Positions 32,090 to 42,097 are shown, counted from the stretch's first letter. The stretch: 62,604 bases of DNA from Candidatus Multiplicimicrobium inquinatum (GCA_002344825.1 DDUN01000034.1:15171-77774), one strand, 5' to 3'. Made by a program: numbers and translations. Notes: a model not told the origin generated them from the letters alone.

Positions 32090-34234
32090 TTATTTCAAAA
32101 TAATCCGCGCATCTAAAACAGAGGCGCCAAGCCCGTCCGCGTGCACCATCAGCGGATTCATATCAATTTCCTGAATCTCAGGATGATCGCAGGCTAATTG
32201 CGAAAGCCTTTCAATGCATTCCGTAATTTTCGCGATATCCGAAGGTTTTTCTCCGCGCACACCTTTCAGCATGCGGTAACCGCGAATCTCTTCAACCATC
32301 AGCTCGGCACTGCGCTCACGCAAGGGCGCCAAACGAAAAGTCACGTCTTTTAAAACTTCGACATAAATTCCGCCCAAACCAAACATCAGCGTCGCGCCCA
32401 AAGCCGCGTCGCGGTTCATGCCCAAAATTACTTCCAAACCCTTGGCTGACATTTTCTGAACAAAAAATCCGTCGAGCTTTCCTTCCGGAAAAACCTGCTT
32501 AAATTTCGCGGTCATCAAATTGCAGGCTTGCGCGACTTCCTGCGCGTCGCTGAGATTTAAACGCACCGCGCCAAAATCAAACTTGTGCACAATTTGCGGC
32601 GAAATGGTTTTCACCACTGCCGGAAAACCAATTTTTTCCGCGAGATTCGCGGCTTCCTGGGGCGTGCGCGCGAAACCATACGGCAAAACCGGAAATCCAT
32701 AAGCTTCGAAAATCGCCATGGCGCGGTCAATCGGCACCATCACTTGTCCGCTTTGCTTGGTTTCCTGAATAATTTTTTTCACCGCCGCGCTGTCCACCTT
32801 AAAAGCTTTCACAGAAGTGCGCGGACGCTGGATCCATTGCTGATACCGATGCATCAACCCTAAAACCTGCCCCGCGTTCTCGGGAAAACGATAATGCGGA
32901 ATCCCGTTTTCTTCCAAAATTTTAACGCCGGCGGAAACATCGGCAATTCCCATGAAGCACGAAATGATCGGAACTTTGATTCCTTTCGCGGCCTTCACGA
33001 TTACCTGCGCGGTTTCTTCAATCGCCGTCATCGCCTGCGGAGTCAAAATAACCAGAATGCTGTCCACATTCGGATCTTTCGCCACAATTTTTAACGCTTC
33101 TTCATAACGGTCCGCGCGCGCGTCACCGATCACATCAATTGGGTTATGAATATTTGCCGTCGGCGGCAGAACTTTGGAAAGCGCGGCTTCGGTCTCGGGT
33201 TTAAATTTTGCAAGGCTCAATCCCGCGCGAATGCAGGTATCCGTCGCCATAATGCCGGGACCGCCGGCATTCGTAATAATCGCCGTATTCGGTCCCTTCG
33301 GAAAAGGCTGCTGCGAAAAAGCGATCGCAAGATCAAACATTTGCTGAATGCTATCCATGCGCAAAACACCGGCCTGCGCGAAAATCGCGTCATACACTTC
33401 GTCCGCGCCCATCAAAGATCCCGTATGCGATTGCGCCGCTTGGGCGCCTTGCGCGGTGCGGCCTGATTTAATGACTAAAATCGGTTTTGATTTTTCAAGT
33501 TCGCCCGTAATCTCACGGCTGGCTTCAATGAAACGTCGCGCGTCGACCAAATCTTCGACATACAGCAAAATCACATGGGTTTTCGGATCATGCTTGAGGT
33601 AAGTAAGCATATCGATTTCATTCAGCGCCGATTTATTCCCCAAACTCACAAATTTTGAAAAACCAATCGCCGCGCCTTTGGCATAATCAAGCACCGCCGT
33701 GCAAAGCGCGCCGCTTTGCGAAATAAAAGCAATATTGCCGGCCACCGGCATCGTGCGGGCAAAACTCGCGTTCACCAAAAAATCCGGGTCGGTATTGATC
33801 ATCCCCAAACAGTTGGGCCCCAGCATCGCAATGCCGTAATCTTGCGCGACCGCGCAAAGTTCATCTTCCAGTTTCCGGCCTTCCGCTCCGATTTCACGGA
33901 AACCCGCCGTAATCACAATCGCGGCTTTGGCACCTTTTTCACCGCAAGCTTTCAGCGTTACCGCGGAAGCGGATGGCGGAACAATCACAACCGCTAAATC
34001 AAAAGATTCGGGAATCGCCTCCACGGAATGAAAACAAGGTAAGCCGCAAATCTCATCAGCTTTGGGATTCACCAAATGAATTTTGCCTTTGAATCCCCCG
34101 CGCAGTAAATTATCGACCATCGCGTAACCGACCGTTTCAGGGCGGCGCGAAGCACCAATCACCGCGATCGAACGGGGCGAAAAAAGATGGGTCAGGTCGG
34201 ATGCGGATGATTTCTTGTCGATAACGTGGTTCAT
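32090..34234 (-). CDS. ADP-forming acetate--CoA ligase family protein (fused alpha/beta subunits)
   Basis: 714-aa ORF with an N-terminal CoA-binding domain (IAVIGASRRP), a succinyl-CoA-synthetase-like ligase domain, and a C-terminal ATP-grasp domain. Confidence 0.9.
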   Translation of the reverse strand: MNHVIDKKSSASDLTHLFSPRSIAVIGASRRPETVGYAMVDNLLRGGFKGKIHLVNPKADEICGLPCFHSVEAIPESFDLAVVIVPPSASAVTLKACGEKGAKAAIVITAGFREIGAEGRKLEDELCAVAQDYGIAMLGPNCLGMINTDPDFLVNASFARTMPVAGNIAFISQSGALCTAVLDYAKGAAIGFSKFVSLGNKSALNEIDMLTYLKHDPKTHVILLYVEDLVDARRFIEASREITGELEKSKPILVIKSGRTAQGAQAAQSHTGSLMGADEVYDAIFAQAGVLRMDSIQQMFDLAIAFSQQPFPKGPNTAIITNAGGPGIMATDTCIRAGLSLAKFKPETEAALSKVLPPTANIHNPIDVIGDARADRYEEALKIVAKDPNVDSILVILTPQAMTAIEETAQVIVKAAKGIKVPIISCFMGIADVSAGVKILEENGIPHYRFPENAGQVLGLMHRYQQWIQRPRTSVKAFKVDSAAVKKIIQETKQSGQVMVPIDRAMAIFEAYGFPVLPYGFARTPQEAANLAEKIGFPAVVKTISPQIVHKFDFGAVRLNLSDAQEVAQACNLMTAKFKQVFPEGKLDGFFVQKMSAKGLEVILGMNRDAALGATLMFGLGGIYVEVLKDVTFRLAPLRERSAELMVEEIRGYRMLKGVRGEKPSDIAKITECIERLSQLACDHPEIQEIDMNPLMVHADGLGASVLDARIILK

Positions 34235-34337
34235 ACTATCCTCCCAAATAAATAAAATTAAGAAGATCTATTATAGCTCGGAATGAGGTTATGTCCTAAA
34301 CAGGAGAAACTGCGGGAAATCAGCGAGAAAAGAAAAG

Positions 34338-34742
34338 TTAAAAGCGGGTTTCCAAATCGTGGATAGCTTCGTCCCGGCTTGTATACGAAGGAAATAAATG
34401 TCCGACCTTCGCCAGCCAGAGCATATTCTGCGGCTGTTCATTCACGTTAATCAAAGCCAGTTTTTGGTAAGACTTCAAATAATCCCTGAGAGTTTTAAGC
34501 AGTGCCGCCACGGTTGAAAAATCAATCTGCGTCACCTCGGCAAAATCGAGTAAAACATGCTTAAAATCATGCCCTTTTCTCTGCTTCATTAAAGTCACAA
34601 ACTGTTCAATTTGAGCCACCGCGGTAATGTCCAAATTGCCTTTAATCTTAAAGATCCTGACTTTCTCGCGCTCTTCAATTTTCTCAATCCACTGTGACAA
34701 ACTGCTTTGTTTCTTAGAGAAAAGTTTCACAATCGCTCCCAT
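34338..34742 (-). CDS. STAS-domain protein (anti-sigma-factor-antagonist-like)
   Basis: 134-aa ORF with the pattern IKGNLD...LLDFAEVTQIDFSTVAALL typical of the STAS/SpoIIAA fold. Confidence 0.75.
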   Translation of the reverse strand: MGAIVKLFSKKQSSLSQWIEKIEEREKVRIFKIKGNLDITAVAQIEQFVTLMKQRKGHDFKHVLLDFAEVTQIDFSTVAALLKTLRDYLKSYQKLALINVNEQPQNMLWLAKVGHLFPSYTSRDEAIHDLETRF

Positions 34743-34859
34743 AAATAAAACATGGTTTACCGGTTTATTAGCAACTCTTGGGATAAGAATGGCATTAAAA
34801 ATACTTTATATCAATAGACTGCTATATCTTGCTATATATTGATATTGAATAAATTGGGG

Positions 34860-35648
34860 TTAAGCCAGTCTGAGGCTCTGTCTCTCACGGGTAAGCCAAC
34901 CATTATAAAGGTCGACCAGCCATTTTTTCTCCACATCAAACAACGGCCGTATTTCGCCCGGGCTCATTTCCCTGAAAACACTGTCCGAATCAGCCGCTAA
35001 AGTCAACGCCCCGAAACGAACCCGATGCAAGCCGCCCTTCCGCACGGGATGCCCAAGCTCGTAAAATATTTTTTTTACCTGATGATGAATTCCCTCGTTA
35101 ATTTCAATCTCAACGCAGGAACTCGCGAAGTTTTTTTCCGGATCGGAAAAAGAAAGGACGCGCGCGCTTTCAACACGCACCTCAACCAAGCTTTCGTTTT
35201 TGGTCGGAATTTTAATTTTTTGAATATTTTTTAAACGCTCCGCATCCATTAACCCTTTGATTTGCGCGCGGTAAACCTTGGTCACTTTCGCACCCGCCTC
35301 ACTAAAATGCGGATTAAGCAAAACCTGATCGATAAATTTGGGGTGCCGATTTCTCTTTGCCAACACCAATAAACCCGATGTGTCTTTATCAAGACGGCCG
35401 AAACAAATCATTTCATCGGGGTTATACTTTTTATCTAACCCCGCCTGCACAAAATAATCGTGCAGTGAAAAACCTTCGCGCTTGGCTGAAGCCGTGCTGA
35501 AGTGGCTGACGTAGCCCTTTGCCGATTGCACGGTCAAACCGGGTTTATGAAAAACAAAAAGAGGGGTCAGGTCTTGAACCGTAATAAACGGAAGCAAATC
35601 AATTTGTTCCCGAAGAAGCTGGCTTGTGGAATGGGTAGTCAAAGCCAA
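34860..35648 (-). CDS. RsuA/RluB/RluF-family pseudouridine synthase
   Basis: 262-aa ORF with the catalytic GRLDKDTSGLLVL motif and GIHHQVKK. This is the second pseudouridine synthase in the window. Confidence 0.85.
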   Translation of the reverse strand: MALTTHSTSQLLREQIDLLPFITVQDLTPLFVFHKPGLTVQSAKGYVSHFSTASAKREGFSLHDYFVQAGLDKKYNPDEMICFGRLDKDTSGLLVLAKRNRHPKFIDQVLLNPHFSEAGAKVTKVYRAQIKGLMDAERLKNIQKIKIPTKNESLVEVRVESARVLSFSDPEKNFASSCVEIEINEGIHHQVKKIFYELGHPVRKGGLHRVRFGALTLAADSDSVFREMSPGEIRPLFDVEKKWLVDLYNGWLTRERQSLRLA

Positions 35649-35770
35649 GACTTGATGTTTTAAGCGGGGTTAAAAGAAACTTTATTCATGCCCGCAGTAT
35701 GCCAGCAGAGCCCTCACTTGTCCCCAGAATTTTAAGGTCGCGCCGCGTAAAGCACAGCGTGAACGCGTAC

Positions 35771-35800
35771 AAAAAAAAGAGCCGGCCCGATGGCCGGCTC
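35771..35800 (-). terminator. Rho-independent terminator
   Basis: Stem GAGCCGGCC (35779..35787) pairs with GGCCGGCTC (35792..35800), with a 4-nt loop, followed on the minus strand by U8 (A-run at 35771..35778). It lies just downstream of the gene ending at 35821. Confidence 0.8.
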
Positions 35801-35820
35801 CTTCGGGGCAAACTTAATTT

Positions 35821-36138
35821 TTAAACTTTAGTGACGGTATCGGCTTTAAATTCGCCGTCAACCCGCGCGCCGGTTTCTACTTCAACTCTGTCGCCGTCTT
35901 CAAGCGCCTCGAGGCCGCTCACACCGACGTAATCAGTCGCAGGCTTCACATTCACTTCCGCAGAACCCGCGGGCACACCCTCGGGGGTCGCGACCAATGT
36001 AAAGCTCTGGTCAGTTGTGTTCACATTTTCAACCGTGCCGCCGATGGTGTCTTCATCTGCCGCCCATACGGATGTTGCCAACAGTAACCCTGCCGCTAAA
36101 GCCATTGCACTAAAACCGTAACGCTTGATCTGATTCAT
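35821..36138 (-). CDS. Secreted hypothetical protein (105 aa)
   Basis: Signal peptide MNQIKRYGFSAMALAAGLLLATSVWA. The mature part is acidic with no recognised domain. Confidence 0.6.
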   Translation of the reverse strand: MNQIKRYGFSAMALAAGLLLATSVWAADEDTIGGTVENVNTTDQSFTLVATPEGVPAGSAEVNVKPATDYVGVSGLEALEDGDRVEVETGARVDGEFKADTVTKV

Positions 36139-36150
36139 ATATTCCTTTTT

Positions 36151-36324
36151 TTAATTTTTCTTTCGCATAGTGCGCATAAACTTGTCGACGGTATTAGCCG
36201 TGAATTCTTTTACTTTTCCCGCGGTTTCATCCGCCTGGCCTTCATCTTTTAATTGCTGATTGTCCGTCAACTCGCCCGCCGCTTTTTTAAACCGGCCTTT
36301 CATTTGATCTGTCTTGCCTGCCAT
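36151..36324 (-). CDS. CsbD-family stress-response protein (57 aa)
   Basis: Unlisted. Product MAGKTDQMKGRFKKAAGELTDNQQLKDEGQADETAGKVKEFTANTVDKFMRTMRKKN matches the CsbD pattern (KG..K...G.LT.d..l...G..d...GK.qe). Confidence 0.7.
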   Translation of the reverse strand: MAGKTDQMKGRFKKAAGELTDNQQLKDEGQADETAGKVKEFTANTVDKFMRTMRKKN

Positions 36325-36342
36325 ATTCCAACTCCCTGCTTT

Positions 36343-36540
36343 TTATAGATCAACGGTCGGGCTGTTTCCACGCAAACTTCCGATAACGCCAAAACCCTGC
36401 AAAAGCCAAATCACCACAACGATAACCACCACAATGTTCAAAATCGATTTGATTTTGGAATCCATCGGTATGTACCGGTTAATCGCCCAAAGAATAACGC
36501 CGACAACAATCAATGTAATAACAACAGTAATAAGATCCAT
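36343..36540 (-). CDS. Small membrane protein (Thivi_2564-like family)
   Basis: 65-aa ORF MDLITVVITLIVVGVILWAINRYIPMDSKIKSILNIVVVIVVVIWLLQGFG..., a widespread two-TM small protein pattern. Confidence 0.65.
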   Translation of the reverse strand: MDLITVVITLIVVGVILWAINRYIPMDSKIKSILNIVVVIVVVIWLLQGFGVIGSLRGNSPTVDL

Positions 36541-36842
36541 AATTTCTCCCAGCTTAAAAAGTTACGTGCCCAAATTAAAATTGAGCACGCCAAAGCATAG
36601 CCATTACCCGGTCCGCTTTCTATAGGGTGTTCCCCTACTATGGCGCAGAGTAAAGATATAAGGAGAGTTAAGAAACAGCAGATCGTAGAGGGGAAATGAA
36701 GCCTAACAAACGCAAATCGGGACACCTGCTACCGCGGGGTCAAGATACCAGCCCAGACAACCGATACTCTTATCATCAATTTAGGTTCTTTTAGATCCCG
36801 CACGTTTCTATGAACGCAACGCTGACAGTAAATGGAGAAAAA

Positions 36843-37670
36843 ATGAAAAAGCTCACTGCCCTCATGACCTGTTTACTCATGTTTTTTTCCATGCAATGCC
36901 TGACGCCCTCCGTTTTCGGAGCGACTGTGGGAGCGAACAGTGATATCTCAAGCCCTGAAGGATGGCTGGACATCCCCAAAGTCGGCAAGAGTCCTTTGAA
37001 GGCGAGCTACATTTATGAGTATGAAAGGCGTCTTCTGAGGCCCTCGACAGGGGGCCCGAGAGCTCAAGTAAACTGGAACCTTGCCAAACTTGCGATCGCT
37101 CTGGGAGGTCGAGTCGAACCCTACGTCGAGCTGGGCAGTGCACAAGTTTTGATCGAGGAACCTGTTAACCGCGGTTTTGGGCTTGATACAGATGCTTTTC
37201 AATTTGAGCGCAGTTTTGCCTGGGGCATCGGAACCAAAGTCCTTCTTTGGCAGCAACAGATCTTTCGCAATCAGAAAAAACTTCAATTTTTCACCGATGT
37301 AAAATATCGCAGAACACGCGCCAATAATGACACGGTTACCGGGCAGAAAATATCCCTCGGTTCGGACACACTCACGTTCAATGAGTGGCAGGCGGCCATC
37401 GGTGTTTCTCAAGAGTTTCGAATTTCTAAACATCTTTCGGTTACCCCCTATTTCGGCGGCAAATACTCGGATGTCGAGATGGTCAGCAAGGGATCATTTG
37501 CGCTGCAGGACAACGGCGGTCTTGCGGGAAAAACTCATTATCAGAGCCACAAAAAATTCGGGCCGTTTGTGGGTGTTGATATGGGAATCGGAAAGTGTGT
37601 CACCGTTTTTGCCGAAGGCCGGTTCGTTGATGAATACGGCGTATCGGCGGGCGCAACCGTTCGGTTCTAA
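36843..37670 (+). CDS. Outer-membrane beta-barrel protein
   Basis: The track ORF starts at 36810. The better start is the ATG at 36843, which follows GGAGA and gives the signal peptide MKKLTALMTCLLMFFSMQCLTPSVFGA. The product has alternating beta-strand patterns and a C-terminal ...GATVRF with a terminal Phe. Confidence 0.7.
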   Translation: MKKLTALMTCLLMFFSMQCLTPSVFGATVGANSDISSPEGWLDIPKVGKSPLKASYIYEYERRLLRPSTGGPRAQVNWNLAKLAIALGGRVEPYVELGSAQVLIEEPVNRGFGLDTDAFQFERSFAWGIGTKVLLWQQQIFRNQKKLQFFTDVKYRRTRANNDTVTGQKISLGSDTLTFNEWQAAIGVSQEFRISKHLSVTPYFGGKYSDVEMVSKGSFALQDNGGLAGKTHYQSHKKFGPFVGVDMGIGKCVTVFAEGRFVDEYGVSAGATVRF

Positions 37671-37894
37671 TTTCCTAGCGACAGACTAAAGACCAAAGAC
37701 TGAAGACTACAGACTGACGACAACCGCAAACCCGGCACTTTTGGAAATGTTCCGAACTCTGCTAACGTCTCCCCGTGGACGGCGTCCGGTTTTCCGCAAG
37801 CTGCTTTACCACTCCACTGGTCAATTTTCACGTGACGAATACCTTTTGGTAGTCCGTCAGCTAAAAAGATTGTTATTTTTTTACCGTTACTCAT
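37667..37894 (-). pseudogene. Probable remnant of a GIY-YIG/DUF4357-type nuclease gene (N-terminal fragment only)
   Basis: The first 33 or so aa (MSNGKKITIFLADGLPKGIRHVKIDQWSGKAA) match, from memory, the conserved N-terminus of restriction-associated GIY-YIG/DUF4357 proteins. The rest is unrelated low-complexity sequence, and the ORF overlaps the convergent OMP gene by 4 nt. Confidence 0.35.
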
Positions 37895-39060
37895 TTTTGC
37901 TTCTTGGGTTTCATGCGTAAAATTAATTCGGAGGATTTCATACGAGATTTACGACGGACATTATTTCCACCCAGAGTACTAAAAACACCGGAAGAAAGCT
38001 TGCTTTCAGAAATTGTAAAATGCTTTCTTGCGATTCTCTCAATCTGCCTACCAGAAAGGCCATTTGAGCTTTTCTTTTCGGGAAATGTAAGGATGACATT
38101 AGCTTTACGAGACGATAGCGTCTTAAGCAAATCCTTAATTGCTTCTTTAGATTTTGATCTACTGCTGTAATCAGACTGTGGTCGTTCCTGAATAGACGGA
38201 TAGCGCCCCACACCAGTACTTTCGGAGATTTTCCCATGGGCAATTGTCTCGAGCACATGATAGAACCGGCTGTACTGCACATCCGAATACGGTGGATCAA
38301 TAAAAACAAGAGCTCCTTCGTTTATAGTCTTAGCAATTTCATTAGCATCACCGGAAATAACTTCGCCTTTCTTCTTCGAAAACTGCTTGCTGATTTCAAC
38401 CAAAGCTTCTTTTGTTTTTTTCACCACATCTTGCCGCCACGCAACATAAATCCATTTACGACCGGATTTTGTTGGTTGAAAAGGTTGGGCGGTATGACCG
38501 GGCGCAGCAGCGCAACGACTTGCAGCTTGAATTAAAGCGGCCAGACAAGCACGCGACACAGAATTGTTTTTTGGGAGAGTTGTTCGCAATGCATCGATCC
38601 ACAAAGCTTGAAGCGGGCTAAAATAATGTCCGCCGTAAGCCTGGGTAATGGGACAGTCTTTTACTTTTTCTGAAAAGATTCTAGCGTTTGTAACAGTTTT
38701 TCTTCTAAAAGCATTCCCTTCACTGCAATGCAACTTATTTGCTTTTCTAAAATAAGTTGCCCATGGCTCTCTTCTACTCACCGCATTAGCTCTTTTCTCC
38801 CACGCCTTCCAACATGAATTAGCATAAATACGTTTTGTGCGACCGATAACAGCATCTGTAAAAACTGCTGAAAATTTCTGCAAATCAACTGCCGTAACTT
38901 TTAAATCAAAATTCTGCGAAACAAATTTTGAGACTTCACCTGATCCGCTAAATAAATCGACAAATTCTTCGGCCTCAGGCACCGCTTTTCTAAGCATTGT
39001 GCCCAAACCGTTCATAAGCATATATTTTTTAGACCCCATGTATTTCATATTAAAAGACAC
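37891..39060 (-). CDS. D12-class (Dam-like) N6-adenine DNA methyltransferase
   Basis: 389-aa ORF with YMGSKKYM near the N-terminus and FIDPPY as catalytic motif IV. It overlaps the upstream gene by 11 nt and the downstream remnant by 4 nt. Confidence 0.85.
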   Translation of the reverse strand: MSFNMKYMGSKKYMLMNGLGTMLRKAVPEAEEFVDLFSGSGEVSKFVSQNFDLKVTAVDLQKFSAVFTDAVIGRTKRIYANSCWKAWEKRANAVSRREPWATYFRKANKLHCSEGNAFRRKTVTNARIFSEKVKDCPITQAYGGHYFSPLQALWIDALRTTLPKNNSVSRACLAALIQAASRCAAAPGHTAQPFQPTKSGRKWIYVAWRQDVVKKTKEALVEISKQFSKKKGEVISGDANEIAKTINEGALVFIDPPYSDVQYSRFYHVLETIAHGKISESTGVGRYPSIQERPQSDYSSRSKSKEAIKDLLKTLSSRKANVILTFPEKKSSNGLSGRQIERIARKHFTISESKLSSGVFSTLGGNNVRRKSRMKSSELILRMKPKKQK

Positions 39061-39916
39061 TAGCCATTTTTGACTTACCTACAAGCCTATGAGATTTACC
39101 GTAAATAATTGTCTGCATTATTTTTCTTTTCCGGCTTCCTGAGGGCTTGAGATTGGTTAGAGAATCCGTTCTTAGTCCAAAATGCTTCGCATAAAAAAAA
39201 GACAGTTCAATCATGTTCAGCATAACATCATATTGAATTTTTAAATCGCCAGGCAATGTTGCCAAAAAATTCCGACTTCTGAAATTTTTCTGAAAACCTA
39301 CCATCATATTAATCGACTGAAAAGAGTCATAATTAAGATCGTTTCGTTTATCAATAAGCCAAGTTCTGTTCGTGCCAAGAACGGGCGAAATAGCAACGTT
39401 CCATCTCTTATGTAGAGGTAAGGATGGAATCAAGTTGGTCATCAATGAATAAAACACATCCCAAAATTTTCTATGCGGCCCCTGGTAAGTTGAAAGTCCA
39501 TTGACATATGGTTTGGTCTGTTTGAATGTAATTTTCTGAAATCCAGGCGTTCCGTTTTCAACATAAGCAACTACGCTCCCCGGATGGCCGAAATGGACCC
39601 ACGCACCAAACATAGCCAAAAGAGATAATGCAGCATAATAAGAGCCATAATACATTGTAGTATGTGCCCATGCGCAGGAGCTTCCTGCTAACAAATCATA
39701 GCTCTTTTTATAGTGCACTGCAGACAAGAACAAAAGCCGCTCAGACTCACGCAGCAAACCATCTCTGAATTCATTGAATTCAACAGTTCCTTCTACAAAA
39801 GAAGTGTCTGAGCCTAGCCCACACAAATGAGATTTAAATGACGCGGAAGAATACAGAGAAGTTTTAGTAAAATGACCGCAATAGTGCTTTGCTTCGGGGA
39901 CTGAAAAAATATTCAT
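39050..39916 (-). CDS. Hypothetical protein (288 aa) within the DGQHR/methyltransferase operon
   Basis: Track ORF with no motif I recognise. It is tightly packed between the DGQHR gene (14-nt gap) and the methyltransferase gene (overlap). Confidence 0.6.
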   Translation of the reverse strand: MNIFSVPEAKHYCGHFTKTSLYSSASFKSHLCGLGSDTSFVEGTVEFNEFRDGLLRESERLLFLSAVHYKKSYDLLAGSSCAWAHTTMYYGSYYAALSLLAMFGAWVHFGHPGSVVAYVENGTPGFQKITFKQTKPYVNGLSTYQGPHRKFWDVFYSLMTNLIPSLPLHKRWNVAISPVLGTNRTWLIDKRNDLNYDSFQSINMMVGFQKNFRSRNFLATLPGDLKIQYDVMLNMIELSFFYAKHFGLRTDSLTNLKPSGSRKRKIMQTIIYGKSHRLVGKSKMASVF

Positions 39917-39930
39917 ATACTTGAACAGCC

Positions 39931-40896
39931 TTAAAAAATCTGTTTTTTAATTTCATCGTAAATTGCCTTCATACCTGCAGCCCCTTGTTTTTCTATAATT
40001 TTTTCTTTTCTCAAAGAGTCTGCATTAATTTTTCTCAAATACTTTGAAAAGTGTTCCATTTTTATATGTGACAAATCTTTAATTTTAAGATCAGACAAAA
40101 TCTCAGGCAATAATTGAATAAGTTTTCTTAACACTCTTGTTGCATAAAATGGTGAGGTCCCATGCTTCCAACCAGAATTATCGAGGGTTTTGATCGCGGC
40201 CAGATAAATAATAAGCACATTAACCTGCGCTTGAAAATCACCATCGCTAAAAAGTCCTTTTTTGGAAACAATGTTTTTTATCTCAGGTGCCAATGAACCT
40301 TGGCTAACACTATTATCCGGAGCTTCTCCAGTTAGATCTATCCTTTGAAACAATGGACTCTCTTCGTTATTGTAAAGTTCAAAAACCAATTCTACTGCCA
40401 CAATTGCATCATGATCATCTTCAGGACGAACAAGCCTAACTAAATCCCATCTAAGTGAAGATGGAACCCTCTTTTGCGTATCATTTATTTCGAGAAAAAG
40501 CTTTGCCATGCTGGGCTTATCCAATCCACAATGCAAAATGCAAGCATATTGGGCATCAAATTCAGAAAATTTTTGCGAATAGAGCCGATGTTGCCCATCA
40601 ACAACGAGAAATTCGAGACTATTTTCCAACGTAAGCTTTCCACCTCGGATTGGCAAAGTTTTTCTTTGTGTCGCTAGGATAATCGCATTGGGAAATGTGC
40701 GATGATTATCTAATACTGCCGCCGCAATTTGCTTAGCTCTATCAATTTTAACAACTCGCTGAAACCCCTTTTCGGGATTTTCTGATCGCCAATCTGGCCG
40801 GGAATGCTTAAGAAGCCAATTACCACTTATAGTAGCAATATATATAGGTGGATCAGTTTGCAATACAAGGCTATCTACTTGAATGCTTCCGCTCAT
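39931..40896 (-). CDS. DGQHR-domain (DndB-like, ParB/Srx superfamily) protein
   Basis: 321-aa ORF with a literal VVDGQHRL motif, plus upstream GFQR...R and FPNAIILA, as in the DndB/DGQHR family. Confidence 0.85.
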   Translation of the reverse strand: MSGSIQVDSLVLQTDPPIYIATISGNWLLKHSRPDWRSENPEKGFQRVVKIDRAKQIAAAVLDNHRTFPNAIILATQRKTLPIRGGKLTLENSLEFLVVDGQHRLYSQKFSEFDAQYACILHCGLDKPSMAKLFLEINDTQKRVPSSLRWDLVRLVRPEDDHDAIVAVELVFELYNNEESPLFQRIDLTGEAPDNSVSQGSLAPEIKNIVSKKGLFSDGDFQAQVNVLIIYLAAIKTLDNSGWKHGTSPFYATRVLRKLIQLLPEILSDLKIKDLSHIKMEHFSKYLRKINADSLRKEKIIEKQGAAGMKAIYDEIKKQIF

Positions 40897-41157
40897 TGTT
40901 TTTTCCTTCAGAGTAAAAGTGTTTCTAAAGACTTGGACTATTCTATGCTAAAAATATTCTGTTCGCATATAAAAAACAAACCTGAAATTTTCAATCGTTA
41001 CGTTTGGTTTCATCGAATACAGGTCGTGCAAACAGGCGCTCAAAAGGGCTTAGATGCAAGGAGCGGACGAATAATCGAGGAGGCGTATGTGCTAATACGT
41101 TGACGAGAATTGTGAGGATCGCGACGCCGCAGATGAGCCGTTTTCAGCGTCTCGTGC

Positions 41158-41376
41158 TTAAGGACGCTTAAGCGTTTTAACTGCCCATACTATAAAGCGC
41201 AGAATTAAAAACGCAGGATAACTATACAGCCCCGCCCAGAAAAGAAAAGGCACCAATTTCTCTCCCATTTCTCCGAAAACGGAAAAATTAATCATCGCGA
41301 TAAAACACAAAACGCCCCAGGCCACAAACCCGATCAAGATCAACCCTTCCCTGGCCACCGTTTTTTTAAATCCCAT
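41158..41376 (-). CDS. Small two-TM membrane protein, hypothetical
   Basis: 72-aa track ORF with two hydrophobic helices. Confidence 0.45.
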   Translation of the reverse strand: MGFKKTVAREGLILIGFVAWGVLCFIAMINFSVFGEMGEKLVPFLFWAGLYSYPAFLILRFIVWAVKTLKRP

Positions 41377-41462
41377 TTATGATTTTCCGGTTATTGATCG
41401 CGTGTTTTGGTTCTTAAGCTCGAAAACATTTCTCCTAGCTCCGAAGATTATACTGCAAAGGT

Positions 41463-41527
41463 GGTCGCAGTTTGTGACTCCCAGTCATAAAGGTTATCGC
41501 AAATTGCGATAACCTCCCCTTATGACT
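41463..41527. repeat. Nested palindromes upstream of the ORF6N gene
   Basis: Three elements: GGTCGCAGTTTGTGACT (41463..41479); GGTTATCGCAAATTGCGATAACC (41492..41514, perfect); and an outer pair AGTCATAA (41483..41490) with TTATGACT (41520..41527). Confidence 0.7.
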
Positions 41528-41580
41528 ACTTGCTGATTAATTATATTTACATATGATTAATACGCATATATAATTTAGGC

Positions 41581-42093
41581 ATGAGTAAAACAAGTCCAGC
41601 TAACCCAATTGAGCCAAAGATTCATCTCATCCGCGGGCAGAGAGTCATGCTTGACCACGACTTGGCAGAGCTCTATGGAGTAGAGACCAAAGTTTTAAAA
41701 CAAACAATTAAAAGAAACCGCGAAAGGTTTCCAAGTGACTTCATGCTTGAACTTACCCCACAAGAATTACAAATCTTGAGGTCACAAATTGTGACCTCAA
41801 GTTGGGGCGGACACAGATATCTTCCATTTGCTTTTACAGAACAAGGCGTTTCTATGCTCTCCTCCGTTCTTAAAAGTAAACGCGCGATTCAAGTAAATAT
41901 TGAAATCATGCGAACATTTGTCCGAATTAGGCAAATTGCCCTTACCCACCAAGAACTCTCTGCCAAACTATCTGCACTTGAATCTAAAGTGGGAAAGCAC
42001 GACGAAGACATTCAAGGGATTATTAGAGCCATTCAGCGACTTCTTATCCAAGAAGAAAAGCCCAAACGCAGAATGGGGTTTCACCCAGATTAA
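41581..42093 (+). CDS. ORF6N-domain protein
   Basis: 170-aa ORF. IHLIRGQRVMLDHDLAELYGVETKVLKQTIKRNRERFPSDFMLELT matches the ORF6N/KilA-N-related DNA-binding domain. The gene contains a 27-nt perfect palindrome at 41775..41801. Confidence 0.8.
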   Translation: MSKTSPANPIEPKIHLIRGQRVMLDHDLAELYGVETKVLKQTIKRNRERFPSDFMLELTPQELQILRSQIVTSSWGGHRYLPFAFTEQGVSMLSSVLKSKRAIQVNIEIMRTFVRIRQIALTHQELSAKLSALESKVGKHDEDIQGIIRAIQRLLIQEEKPKRRMGFHPD

Positions 42094-42097
42094 TTTT

